Assembly (NCBI RefSeq): GCF_001194135.2
Contig: NC_068995.1
Coordinates: 37,527,968-37,591,967 of the forward strand
Length of the DNA: 64,000 nt
Reading direction: 5' to 3'
Origin: Octopus bimaculoides
Taxonomy: Eukaryota
In this document: one piece after another, positions 1 through 12,249 of the stretch
Layout of the letters: the number at the start of each line of letters is the position of its first letter
Position numbering within the stretch: position 1 is the stretch's first letter
Translations under genes and position numbers: made by a program
Notes under the pieces: generated by a model
Databases searched by the model: none
What the model was told of the DNA's origin: nothing
What the model saw: only the letters and a program-made list of their open reading frames with translations

Positions 1-291
1 TTCTGCTTGAATGATTTTTATTATATCACTGCTAAAATAGAGGTGAACGGGAATTTAAAAGGTGTAATGAGACGTGGATACATTTAAACCGGATTTGTAT
101 GCTGGCTTTAGTTGAATGTTGTTGATATATTGAGTAACATTATTCACGTATAACGCAAATTCATTCTCAAGAAGAATAGGTTGTCATATCTCCAAAGGTG
201 TACACAGAAAGAGCACCAAACTGGATAACTGTATCCCCAACAATTCTAAGGTTAAAATAAACAGTGAAAACTCATTAACATAGAGATGAAA

Positions 292-460
292 GGCTTAGAG
301 GCATTTCGTCAGTCTTTACGTTCTGAGTTCAAATTCTACCGAGGTCGACTTTGCATTTCATCTTTTTGGCGTCGATAAGATAAATACAAGTTGAGTGCTG
401 GAATCGATTTAATATCCCCTCCCGAAATAACTGGCCTTCTGCCAAATTTGAAATTAGTAT
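292..460 (+). mobile_element. SINE family A, 5'-truncated copy
   Basis: Matches the body of the copies at 6856, 24865 and 32254 (ttacgttctgagttcaaattc..gaggtcgactttgc.tttcatc...gtcgataa), with a B-box-like gttcaaattc and tail ggccttctgccaaatttgaaa. Confidence 0.75.
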
Positions 461-744
461 AGAAAAGAAATGTGTGAGAGACATAACGAACACTTTCATA
501 GATTAAAACTGATATGTGTTCGACTGCACTCGAAACACTGTCGTAAAAGATGCGAGACAGATAGAGTCTAAAGTCAGACAACAGAAACATACTCGTTCTA
601 GATGAGTTGAAATAATTTGTTGCGATCAAGGGCATTACATCCCATCCATTGGCAGCTTCAAGAGGAAATTGCAGCTAATGTGAGGCGAATGAAAAGTCCC
701 TTAAAATTTAAGGTGAATCTAGATGGCACAGATACACATCAGAC

Positions 745-1130
745 TGAAATGCAAGTCAACAAAGGTAATGATTATTTATAAATGGTTCTTATAAGTTTTA
801 CATATTGGAAATTATGTGTAAATACAATATAACAGTTATCACAGAGTGCTTTGTCGGATTTGAACTCAACGATTGGGAGATATGAAACCTTGTATAAGAA
901 GCATGCTTCTTTGCTCTTGATGTCATACTTCCGTATATTCTCGTGAATTAAGGCGGGATTATCACAATATATAAAACTTTCTTTAAAGTAACATGTCTCT
1001 GGACTTTTTGAAGGCAAAATGTTTTGTTCTGATGTATATGTACTCCGGAAAAGATTCAACCTGGAAGGAATAATATGTTGTGGATTCGGATGTTACTTGG
1101 GTCTTTGCGAGAATGATCCTACAACGCTAT
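745..1130 (+). mobile_element. Highly degenerate LINE APE-endonuclease remnant (CR1/L2-like)
   Basis: Stop-interrupted + frame reads INGSYKFYILEIMCKYNITVITECF...GGIITIYK...NNMLWIRM, loosely resembling the APE motifs NxNG, DIIxLxET, GGVxIY and ILWIK. Confidence 0.3.
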
Positions 1131-1989
1131 CAAATGAAAATCGTGCATTAAAAATAATTCGTGTTTTAAATAGACATAAATCAATACATACAAATATCTG
1201 TTGATAACTAAAATCTCACAGTCACGGATCTGTTATCGGCTGTCTTGTTTTAATGTCGTCTGGTATTACAAAGTATTATAGAATACAAATGATAAATAAT
1301 ACTAGAGAGATATAATTGTATGAGTTTATGTGTGTATGTATGTATGCATGCATGTATTTATGTGGAAATATGTATGTGTTAGTGTTTTACTTTTATATCA
1401 TATACTATTTATGGCAAAGTAATTTTAAGTACCGTAATTCTGACAAAATTGCTTTCTTCTTGTTTAATATATATTGTTGCTTGGCCACCAAGCCTGTTTC
1501 TTTTTATTATAGTAAATCCTTATTATCAACGCCTGTTTCATTTGTTGATTTTTTTTACCATTTCTTACAATTTTCCTCCCGTTCTTTCTCATTATTAAAC
1601 ACAGTAGAAAACTCAGCAGCAGTCTCTGAATTTAAAAATTGTCAGTTAATATAAGTATACGATGAAGTCAATATTGATTTCCTCCATATTACCCTGTCTC
1701 TTTTCTTTCTTACGTCTTCTGTCTTGCCTCCCTTCTCTCCATTTCTGTTGCTGTTTCACCATATCTAGAGTGGATAATTTAAGTCAGAGGAAGCGATGAT
1801 GAAATGATTGATCTGGCACATAGTCAGTAATGCCCATAGAGATGTATATAGCGTTTGGTAATTTTTTATATACAGCAGAGCCTGACATCATTCGTAACAT
1901 CTTATCACATGGGTTAATGATAGAGTTCCCAATTAGTTGTGTCTTGGTAAAAATAGAATTCATTATTACATTACATGTCCCGTAGTAAT

Positions 1990-2500
1990 ACAACTGAAGA
2001 CCTTGCAACCAGATCCCTTAGCCGTCTCTGTCTTCTGCCTCTATGTCTACCACCTTTGTCTGTTCCTGAAGGACTGTTTTGGCCATCCCTGATGAGCCGG
2101 TGACATAACCAAAGCACCTGAGCTTGCGTTTCTTTACTGTGGTAAGAATATTCTCCTGGGGCCGTATTGCCTACCTTATTCATCTTTCCTTTTCCTCACG
2201 TGTGACATGATCTCTATGATATTCCCAATATGCTTCTGAAACACTTCATCTCTGTAGCCTGGATTTTTCTTTTGATTTCTGTTATCAGTGTCCATGTCTC
2301 ACAGGCTCCCAGGAATATTGAGATTACTTGCAATCTCATTAGCATTCATATCATTCTTAAATCACGCCCCTCTAACTTAGAAATGAATGTCACATTAGAC
2401 AATGATGTCTTGATGCACTGTATCTGGACAAAAAACCAGGATAGTCAAGGGATAAACGGATTTGGTCATATGCCTGTCTTGTAAGGACCATTCTGAGTTA
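1990..2500 (-). mobile_element. RTE-clade LINE, 3' fragment
   Basis: Minus strand reads (with frameshifts) VISIFLGACETWTLITEIKRKIQATEMKCFRSILGIS...KKRKLRCFGYVT...GRHRGRRQRR, typical of the RTE ORF C-terminus. Confidence 0.78.
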
Positions 2501-4059
2501 AGCAATAGCAAAAACAAGAACAAGTAGAACAACAACACCAACAACAATAACTGATTTTACGATCAATACTGCTACTGCTGGTGACAGTAACAAACTTTAG
2601 AATTAAATTATAGAGTAGGTATTAGTATTTCAATCTAAAACTAAGAATATTGATTGTTTTTCAGCATAGTGCTAATTATGTATTTTGGCATGAGAGAGAT
2701 ATATATTCGGCTCCATTGACTTAAGCACTTGCCTTCTATTTATTTTACTGACTGCAATTCCACTGAATGTTTTCTCAAAAACGCTGCTGATTTTTCTTTC
2801 ATTCACAATGGTGATGTTATGGTTTATAGAATAGAAACACAACTGGGCAACGCTGTTAGTAGGAGGGGTTAAGAAGGTAAAGGAGAAAGAGGGAATACTG
2901 TAACTGAATAAGTTAAGAGAAGTTAAAAACAATGAAGAACTAGACAAGAAATACGAAAAATGTTTGTAGAATTTTTTTTCAAAAAATCTCAAAAACCGAT
3001 TAAAGAAACAATTGCTTTTAAAAAAATGATTTAAAGCTTAATAAACTTCATAAACTTTAAAAAAAAGCCTCGAAGTAAAAGTTTCTAGAACATCCCACAA
3101 ATCTCAACAATCTTCAAAGTATCTCGAAAAATTCGAAGGCTTCAGAGTCAAGAAATTTGAAAATCATAAAGATTACGGTTTATGTTGTGGCTCTAGAAAC
3201 TGCTTCGGACAAAACAAGGGAAAACTTCACTGCTTTTCTCGCTGCAAATTTGAGATGATATTTGGGATATAAGTGACCACATTTATCATACTCAACAATT
3301 AATTTCAGGATGTCGTTTACAGTTTGTCCGGTGAAACCACAATAAGGTTACAGAGATTCTATATCTAGCTTGTAGCTGATTTTGACGTTGTTCATATTAA
3401 ATAACTTGTGTGACTGAGAAATGGTAATTGCTAAGTACTTATAATGTCTAGTTGAATTAGTTTCTATATTCTTGGAAACAAAGGTTTAAACTTGAAAGTT
3501 TACATTTTTAGAGTATCTGACGTAAATTGTTATATTTCTGGGATTTGAGATGTTAATATATGTTTGCTTCACGTTCCTCTTTGTAGATAGTTGTAGCTAT
3601 TCTCTAGGCCTACTACAATATTTAGGAAATTAAATGCCAAAGAGATTTGCATTTGTAACTTTTGGAATAAACTCCTTAAATGCTATTATTAATTATGTCC
3701 TGTAATCATTTCAATTGTGCATAATTTTATGCGAGAAATGATAACGTCTATACTAATTAATGTCGCCTTTTGAATTTAGTTAATGCCATATTTATGAGAC
3801 ATTAACATACTGTACCATATATGTGAGTTCTACCATCTCATTATGGCAGAATACGTTGTTTCATTTTCAGCTTTATATAATTTGATATAATTTACTACAA
3901 TTCACATCGAATGTGCACCAAATTTTCTCTACAGCAATTTGATTCATATACATGTAGTCCGTTCACAAACGAAGGTAATTAATCATGATAGCTAAACCGT
4001 TACAAGTGACATTTCTTTTATAAACTAGAGGATGAGTAATAGTAAAAGCTGTTTATTTC

Positions 4060-4200
4060 TCATGGCACCAGCAGACAAAATTGAAAAAATTGTTGCCCCG
4101 GAGGATAGATATATCATAAAAGTGGCTATGCAGAGACTCATCAAAATCTGAAGGTGCGATAGTCGGCGCAAAAGCGACGGTAACATCAGTTATATGCCAT
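4060..4200 (-). mobile_element. Possible RTE endonuclease remnant
   Basis: Minus ORF contains TVAFAPT...DESLHSHFYD, resembling the RTE APE segment SAYAPT...KDxFY. Short and weak. Confidence 0.2.
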
Positions 4201-4800
4201 AACAAGAATATATAAAAATGTAACCATCCTGATTTTGTTATATTTTCTAAGTTATGGTTTATAGACAATTAAGTGATAATATACACACAGACACAGAAAC
4301 GGACACGCACATATGCAAAAACACACACATTCACGCACACATTCACGCACACGCACCCACACAGGCACATACATGCCCCTCACACGCCCCCAACATATAT
4401 ATATATATATATATNNNNNNNNNNNNNNNNNNNNNNNNNNNNNNNNNNNNNNNNNNNNNNNNNNNNNNNNNNNNNNNNNNNNNNNNNNNNNNNNNNNNNN
4501 NNNNNNNNNNNNNNNNNNNNNNNNNNNNNNNNNNNNNNNNNNNNNNNNNNNNNNNNNNNNNNNNNNNNNNNNNNNNNNNNNNNNNNNNNNNNNNNNNNNN
4601 NNNNNNNNNNNNNNNNNNNNNNNNNNNNNNNNNNNNNNNNNNNNNNNNNNNNNNNNNNNNNNNNNNNNNNNNNNNNNNNNNNNNNNNNNNNNNNNNNNNN
4701 NNNNNNNNNNNNNNNNNNNNNNNNNNNNNNNNNNNNNNNNNNNNNNNNNNNNNNNNNNNNNNNNNNNNNNNNNNNNNNNNNNNNNNNNNNNNNNNNNNNN

Positions 4801-4835
<35 letters not shown>

Positions 4836-5229
4836 ATTCAAAATTGAGGGTGTAATTTCCTTGTACGGAAAAAAATCTGGATATCAACTGGTGTTATCAA
4901 ATATGTTGATAGAAAGGTCTGCAATATATATGGATAAGCTGTCCAATATTGTGTAAAGTTAATATAATATAAGAAAATGGAGGAGAAATATAATGGACAC
5001 TTAGTTAATTTTATTTGTACCACGATGAAAAAAAGTAATACATATGATTTGAGATTTAGAGGAACAGAATCAACAAAAGAAATAAACATAAAAGAATCCT
5101 AGACATGTTTCACTCCGGCCACCGGCCACTATGTTCACCATTCAAGCGATGTTAGATGTAAAATAACCCCACATTATGGCGGGATATCATTAGGATGTAT
5201 GTTTACTTTTCTGTGGTGAGCATCGAAAT

Positions 5230-6120
5230 AAGTAAGATGATGACCTTATTTTCAAATATTCAATTAAAGTAAACAATAATTTATTAGGGCACTGGGGTCT
5301 TGTAGGGAGATATTACCTAATGAAAATCTTGCTAAAACGCTATTAAAGACTGGCTATTATATAAAAAACAATCAGGGGAAACAAGCAATTTTCTTTCAAA
5401 AACTTTAGTAATACTCTTCCACCCGGGTTCCAAAACTGCAACTCCAAGTCACCATACAAACACCAGTTGCTGACGTCACCTAACTCCAGACCATTCAGCA
5501 AATACAACGAAATGACCCTTTATGAGAACCATCTAACCAGAACCACTGATGACTGTTTCCACAGGGAAGCAAAACAAGCAGAACGACAAGCTTGACCACC
5601 AGAGAAGCGTCACTAGTATTTTGACGAATCAAAAATCAAATCCGCTCATGGAAAAAATTATAAATGCATCTGATCCCCAAACATACCACTACAAGCGAAA
5701 GCGTCTACGGAAAGAGAATCAGAGAAACTGTAAAACAAATTCACTTTCATTTACTATTTTCATTTCCCCCTTGTTTTTTCCCCCTCTTAACTCAGTATGA
5801 CTTGTCGATCACCACTAACATCAATGAATTGTGTACATTCGAACAAATTGGTGTACAGTTTTAACATTATTGACTGCTATGAACATTCATACTTGCACCT
5901 GTCCTCCTAATTCATAATGCTAAATTTATCTGTTTTGAACATATTAATTTGTCAAAATTGAAACATTTTCATTTGTCAACATTGCAACTTTTAAAGATGT
6001 TTTTCTAATTCATAACTTTTAACTTTTACCATTGATAAGCAAAAAATATTGTTGAAACTAGTCTGGTTTATATGTAAATAAATGTATTTTAGACATTAAT
6101 GAGTTTTTGAAATTTAGGTG
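5230..6120 (+). mobile_element. Degenerate Penelope-like element 3' region with pLTR
   Basis: FIRALGSCREILPNENLAKTLLKTGYY resembles the PLE thumb (RAxxICS..E...L...GY). A T-rich 3' region follows that carries a decayed HHR motif at 6029-6066. Confidence 0.42.
6029..6066 (+). ncRNA. Decayed minimal hammerhead ribozyme motif
   Basis: cca-ttgataa-gcaaaaaatattgtt-gaaac-ta-gtc-tgg: stem I cca/tgg, GAAAC, palindromic stem III actagt and a GUC site. The CUGAUGA core is mutated to ttgataa. Confidence 0.45.
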
Positions 6121-6142
6121 CATTTTCAACAACACATTTCCC

Positions 6143-6146
<4 letters not shown>

Positions 6147-6198
<52 letters not shown>

Positions 6199-6203
6199 TG
6201 TGT
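6147..6203. repeat. (TG)n microsatellite
   Basis: Direct reading. Confidence 0.95.
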
Positions 6204-6681
6204 AACGTAACAATTTCAGAGAAATACCAATTGGTTTAATATCTACGGTGAACTAGACATACCATCAGTTTCTCTAAGCAAGAGCTGTTCTCTGCAAACG
6301 ATGTTTTTAAAAACACATGAAGGCCGGTGATGGTTGAAGAAATATTTCTGTTAGAAATTATGGCCAATAGCTGCCACGCACACTCGCACCCCCACCCCGC
6401 ATACACAGCTGATTGTAGTTAAAAGAAGGATTCGCAATAAATGGTTGTAAAATGGTAAAATGTTCAACCTGTGTAGTGAATTGGCAATAAAATATTAACT
6501 ACAAAATATTCTTATAGCAAAGTGGTACGAGCTCTATTCTATGTCCGACAGACGTTTAATGTATAATATAACAGTAGTGCGACTATCTGAGTGTTGTATG
6601 GTCTACGAAGGTGATTGCCTATTTTTATTTTTGTTTTCGTATTATTAAAATTGTTGTATTGTTATTATATAAATATCTTAA

Positions 6682-6850
6682 GGCGGTGAGTTGTCAGAAA
6701 CGTTCTGAGTTCGAATTCTGCCGATGTCGACTTTGCCTTTCATCCTTTCGGGGTCAATCAATTAAGTACCAGTTGCGTACTGAGGTCGATCTAATCGACT
6801 GGCCCCTCCCCGAAAATTTCAGGCCTTGTGCTTAGAGTAGAAAAGATTAT
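6682..6850 (+). mobile_element. SINE family A, internally deleted copy
   Basis: ggcggtgagttgtcagaaacgtt|ctgagttcgaattc lacks the ~50-nt segment between two acgtt motifs that is present in full copies. Confidence 0.88.
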
Positions 6851-6855
6851 TTTAA

Positions 6856-7071
6856 GGCGGCGAGCTAGCAGAATCGTTAGCAAGCCGGGCGAAATGCTTA
6901 GCAGTATTTTGTTCGCCTTTACGTTCTGAGTTCAAATTCCGCCAAGATCAACTTTGCGTTTCATCTTTTCGGGGTCGATAAATTAAGTACCAGTAAAACA
7001 TGGGGTCGATGTAATCGACTAGCATCCTTCCCCAAAGTTTTCAGGGCCTTGTGTCTAGAGTAGAAAGAATT
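6856..7071 (+). mobile_element. SINE family A, full-length (tRNA-derived head, CORE-like body)
   Basis: Starts ggcggcgagctagcagaatcgttagc (A-box-like) with B-box gttcaaattcc. The body tttcatcttttcggggtcgataaattaagtacc resembles the CORE domain. Directly downstream of the previous copy. Confidence 0.92.
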
Positions 7072-7089
7072 ACATAAATATCTTTCGTT

Positions 7090-7720
7090 CAACAGCCATA
7101 TTCTGTCACCGTATTCAGTTTTCGGTTAAGAGGTACACTTTGCATATGTTTAGTCGTTTGTCGCGTATAAGCTGCGGTGCGTTGTGTTTAATTCTATGTA
7201 GGGATCTCTGTTTAACCTTTGGTTTATTTTGCATATTTACTGGTTTTGGCAATTATACACCAATTTATTTTGTTTAGTGTTGTGACGCAAGCTACCGTCA
7301 TGGCAAAGGTATTTAACGCTTTGTGCATGACGTCATTAACCAGTTCTGACGTTAATTTTCGGTTTGGATACTTCTTACTTACTCTATGGAGTAATTAGCT
7401 AACCTTAAGCGGATTGCATCTTATGTTGGTTGCTAACAGCCTCTGACTGCAACGGGGACTCATTTTGCTTGTGATTGATTTGTTGGTAATAGTATTTGGT
7501 TTACTCGTAGTCACAATATTTAATTACCGTTTTATACGGATTATTAATCTACGGCTAGAATTCTGGATGAAATGTCCTTTGTGTTCCTTCAAATTAATTC
7601 CAGTTTACATGTATTAAGCCGTTCAATACAATAAGCTTTATTTTGTAGCTCGGTAATGTAGAACTTTTTGACTTATTTCTACCGCCGTTGGTAGCATATA
7701 CAGTACGTTTGCCAATTGGT
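7090..7720 (-). mobile_element. Degenerate Naiad-like PLE reverse transcriptase, N-terminal part
   Basis: Minus frame reads LKEHKGHFIQNSSRRLII...KYPNRKLTSELVNDVMHKALNTFA, resembling Naiad RT (LKDHKxNF..RLINPAK...FYPSI..LL.KALxFA). Confidence 0.4.
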
Positions 7721-7789
7721 TTTGATTCTTGTATAGCAGAGAGCTGGTACACATCCTCTCGGCCTCCTCAAACTCAAACCAGGAGGAAC

Positions 7790-7930
7790 AGCCAGGATTT
7801 AACAGCTTGGGTAGGAGAAGACTACTCCTGCACCACTACACTTCACAGCTGAGTAGACTGTAACAAAGAGAAATGATGTGTTTGGCTCAAGAGCAGAACG
7901 TGTTGCTCTGATTCAAAAATACAACGCCTT
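7790..7930 (-). mobile_element. SINE-like fragment (third family)
   Basis: Minus strand ctcttgagccaaaacacatcatttctctttgttacagtctactcagctg resembles the central cttgagcaa-type domain of tRNA-SINEs. Confidence 0.4.
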
Positions 7931-8324
7931 ATCGTCGTGACACAAACACCATCACAAGCCGCAAGTTTTCGCACTCATCTTGTAAATTTTTGTATTGCTG
8001 TCTGATATAAATTTGTGACAAATGCATCTGTCGCTCTCATACACGTTTTTAGTTTTGTAAGCTTTTGCAAATATAATAAAATTCCGAATGAATCATTAGA
8101 ATCCTGTTAGCCTAGTCTGATAATCGTTAGTTCTAACATTAAAACTTTTACGATCCAAATTCAAGCTTCATTTCCATACACCTGGGATATTTGCAGTCGA
8201 TATATTATTCAGAAATATTGGCATTGTGCATTTAGGTTATGAATGGTGCTAAACTGTCTTGAAATTATTCTTACTGGTCTCGACGACAGCAAAGAGGACT
8301 CAGTACGGGAGTTAAGATTATAAA

Positions 8325-8460
8325 TTTATGAAGATACCATTATTAGATATAGCATTAATGACATGTAGCACAGAAATACATTCACACACACATAAGCACT
8401 TATTCACAATCATAAATACACGTATACCAAGCTACCATACCAACATTTCTCTTTCCGACA
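8325..8460 (+). mobile_element. Short PLE RT-thumb remnant
   Basis: KIPLLDIAL...TEIHSH..HK...SYH resembles PLE xPFLDxxI...TxxYxK...SxHP. Confidence 0.28.
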
Positions 8461-8461
8461 A

Positions 8462-8503
<42 letters not shown>

Positions 8504-9319
8504 TCTGATGTGAAATTTATTCACAGATATGTGGAGAAACGAAAACCATAGCATCTAAATTCGTCTTTGCGAAAATAAACAAATTTATTATATACTATAC
8601 TATTAATTTCCTTAATAAAGATGTAAACTTGACAATGTTTTGACACTATTGGTAAATTAATGTCAATCTAGCTGACCACGTGCCTCCAATAATGACGGCT
8701 AATTGTAGTATTTTATATATAAATAAGGTAAAAAATAAGCTACATAATAATCACACATACAAACATTCACATATTTCCCTTTTACACTCACACACATACA
8801 CACATACTCATACAGAATTGAAACGCTGATTTTATTCACCCCTTTCTTCCTTATTCATCTATCACCCCTTCTTTTCTCTCATTGCTATTACTTTCTTTCA
8901 CTCCCTCTCAGTCATGGCTATTATTCTCACTACTTCTCCTTCACTGAATTATTATTTTCTATCCTCCTCCGCGCCCGGAGTAATTCTGGACAAATCTCTG
9001 TATACACAAATATATAAAATCACAACGCTCATTATTATATTAGAAGATGACATTGTTTTACTGGGAAGCTGTCTGTCTTCAAAGTGAAGAAAATCTATGT
9101 AAACGTTAATTTGATTTAATCTCTGATCAATCAGAGATAAATACTGATAGCAAACCAGACAAAAAGAGAATTTTGGAGAGATCAAATCCTTGTGTAGAGC
9201 GGGAAAGAGAGGACAGGCGTTTTTGAAATAGCAATTATTCAGCACCAAGGGGAGGGTTATATGTCCGTTAGGTACCGTTCGCTCCGTTGTGTCTTAGCGT
9301 TGTTTTTTTCTTTTCAGAT

Positions 9320-10100
9320 GAAGCATGGTGTTGTGGACGATAGAGCATCCCGTGTTTGCCTACGACAGTTACGTGAAGAATAGCGAGTCTGTCACAGTAG
9401 TTCAGCATGAATTTTGTGACCACTTCAATATTCACCGAAATCACGCTATTCGCAACCGTAAGAAATTCTTAGGTTGGGTGAATGCATTTTGTACACGAGG
9501 TACACTAACGAATGGGAGACCGGTGGGGGGCGCCACGAACGGTTCATACTCCGGAAAATGAATACAATAATGAAAATGCTGTTACTTTGAACTCCTGGCG
9601 TTACCTCGAGATGATAAACAACTTCTTTGTGACTGAATTACGACGAAAACGAATGCCTATTCGACGTGTGTTTTTTCAGCAGGATGGGGCGACGGTCAAC
9701 ACACCTAGAGAATCAATGGACGTTCTTCGCCCTCTCTTCGGTGACGGCCTCATTTCCAGATTTGCTGACATTCCTTGGCTCCCTCCCCTCGATCTCCAGA
9801 TTTGTCCATGTGTGATCATTTCTTATGGGGAAACATCAAGGCACGTGTGTATGCGCATAAACCCCGTACATTGGACGATGTGAACGAAGCTATTCGTGTG
9901 GAAGTCACCCAAATCGACAGAGCAATGCTAGAGGCCAACTTCCAAGAAAGCTTTCACAAATGCATCAATGAAAACGGACACCACATGAAGGATGTTCTTT
10001 TGCACACTTGATTTTAACAGATGCTAATTTAATACAAACACATTGGTGTCAATTTTATAGATCGATTGATAAACAAATGATAAGCAAAACAAATACACAA
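9320..10100 (+). mobile_element. Tc1/mariner transposase pseudogene, internally deleted (probably DD41D type)
   Basis: N-terminal WTIEHPVFAYDSYVKNSESV..Q.EF HTH region; catalytic FQQDGAT...W..RSPDLSMCDHFLWG with a frameshift at ~9780. Counting gives 41 residues between the 2nd and 3rd Asp if a 5-nt duplication is removed. The first catalytic D region is deleted. Confidence 0.85.
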
Positions 10101-10239
10101 ATAATGAAGTGGAAGACGGGTTTTGCTTCTACCCCGCAAGCGCCGTGCAACCATATTTACAAACTCGCCACAGCCTTCCATCTTTTTCCATATACACCAG
10201 GTGACAGCCATTTTCGCTCCACCCTTATTTTCCTCTTAA

Positions 10240-11880
10240 CGTGGTAGATGATGTAATGTAGCAGTTCAAGGCTGAAGTTGAATGTGCCTGTCATGCTTCC
10301 TTTCACACGGGTCTTCCATACCACTTCTTTCGCTATAGCAACCACAGCAAGAAAACAAACCTTGCTTTCTTTGTTAAAAGAGGCAGGGGGACAATCTTTA
10401 CAATCGACTCAGAAGACAGTTGTACTCTTCCCAGACGTGACAGCAGATGTTCAACGTAAACCCACATCTCAAAGATTTGGGGGAATTGCACAATTGCAAA
10501 ACGGTTTCCCTGTTCTGCTCGCATCTTGGACACATGGGTGCACAATGGGCACCATGCCTTGCGAGTTTATCAGGAACTGGTAAGGCTTCTCAGTAACATT
10601 GACAGGCCAGAGATCCCTGGAAGTTATCCAAGGGTCCTGGCCCCAATGTCCTTCGGATCAAACTGGCTAGTTGATCCTCGTCGAAGCCTAGATTCTCCAC
10701 CAGGACGTCGTCACACTGAGCATCTACCAACCCTCTATAGATAGACGAGGTGAAACCCCCACCGCTGGCGTTGTCCCTGTGACAGAGAAGCTTCAGAGTT
10801 TGATGACACTCCGCTTTCCAAGCACCCAACTTTGGTCTACACTTGATCGAAGGCATAGTTCACTCAAACTAGTAAGCTCAGGAAGTAACGACAGAACGAA
10901 CGGAGACCACCCTGGCAGCAGACGGAGTGCTTTACAAGAGGACTTCTACCTTTCCACAAAGAGCGGAAGAACAGCCGCTCCAAATTGATGAGCCACGAAC
11001 GGGAGCAATGCACGACTGTTAGGTGGTAGGTAATCACGGAAGCGATAAACACTCCCACGACTCCGCTCTTCCTTACAAGGACAGCCGTCGCTCAGACCAG
11101 GTCCGAGTTAGGTGGGTTACCCTGCTTGTTACCTTACTCCAATTCTTCTCTATCTGGAAGTCTGGACCAAACTAAACTAAACTCGTGGCGTTCTAACTTG
11201 CCCCTCCGTCCGACGCCCTTCGACGTTGTTGGGAAGTATCGTCTTGCCTCTCCAGGTGTTGAGTTGCAAGCTGACTGATTTACCCCGGTTAACGTTTACA
11301 CCTGCGACCGCCTTGTAGTCCTTAATCACTTTGCCTACCCTCTGTAGATGTACCATCTCGGACACGATGGTGGTGAAGTCATCCGCGTAAGCCGAAACCT
11401 TCCTACTGCAACCTAGATCGCGGGAAACGCCCCTCAAGCCCTCCAACTCCCGGAGTAAGGGCTCTACAGCCAACATATACGGAAAGGATGTTGAAAGGCT
11501 TCGAGAAGAACCCGTTCACACGAACGATTGAGTCGATGTTGCTGTATAAAGCAATGATCCACCCGCGGAAGACAGATACCGATGGTCAACCCTGTCAAAA
11601 GCTTTGGACTGATCTAAATGGACCGGCGCCCCACCATTGCCAGGAAAACTGTTAAACCTTTTTAAGGTGAAACGTAGAAAGTGGAGATTGTCGTGTATGG
11701 ATCTGCCAGGAGCGGCACAAGTTTGTGCCTCCCCAATGATCTGTGTTAAGCAGAGGGTTGGGCCTGAAATTATCTATAATATCCCCCTTGTTTGGGTCCT
11801 TTCTAAGCAGCGTCACCACCTCTCAGCTCACAACCACTATATATATCCCATGCGACCTGAAGCTATTTAGGAAAGGACCT
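10240..11880 (-). mobile_element. Tx1/L1-clade LINE ORF2 (RT to C-terminus), degenerate
   Basis: Minus strand motifs CAAPGRSIHDNLH, LDQSKAFDRVDH, SAYADDFT, NVNRGKS and C-terminal AIAKEVVWKTR. Confidence 0.87.
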
Positions 11881-12249
11881 TGTTTTGGTTCTGTCCTCAG
11901 GCCGCGTAGTTTTAAACATCCAGCATAAAGTGTATCCATAACATTGTACTCACGGTTGGAAATGGGGGAGCACTACTATCTCATTCCTTTGATTTTCATC
12001 CGGGGCTTGCGGTATGACGTTGATTAGGCCTTCAAACATTAGTGGGGAAAAATTTTCCTGAGTGGGCCTTTGTCATTTTTAAATCGGTTCGCTAATCTAT
12101 TATAGATAGCTCTGTCTAGCTTATAAATTGCTATATTTTGGGGGAAGTTTTTCCCTCAAAATTATTTGTGATGCTGTCCGCACTGGGCACATCTTTCAAT
12201 TGCCGCAGTAGTTACTTGTTAGTCTTCACTACTGCAGTTTAATCCATGT

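Noticed and set aside
772-1059. 95-aa minus-strand ORF with Cys/aromatic content
   Set aside because: No recognisable domain or splice context; better explained as the antisense frame of a decayed LINE endonuclease.
2088-2110. CTGATGA heptamers at 2089, 42548, 43613, 47496 and (minus) 56453
   Set aside because: No downstream GAAA plus stem III plus NUH in register; several lie inside TE coding remnants.
5540-5590. ctgatga-c-tgtttcc-acag-ggaagca-aaac
   Set aside because: A stem II-like hairpin is present, but G12 is missing and there is no stem III or stem I complement.
6856-7071. tRNA genes (A/B-box sequences in SINE heads)
   Set aside because: No cloverleaf with acceptor stem; they continue into SINE bodies.
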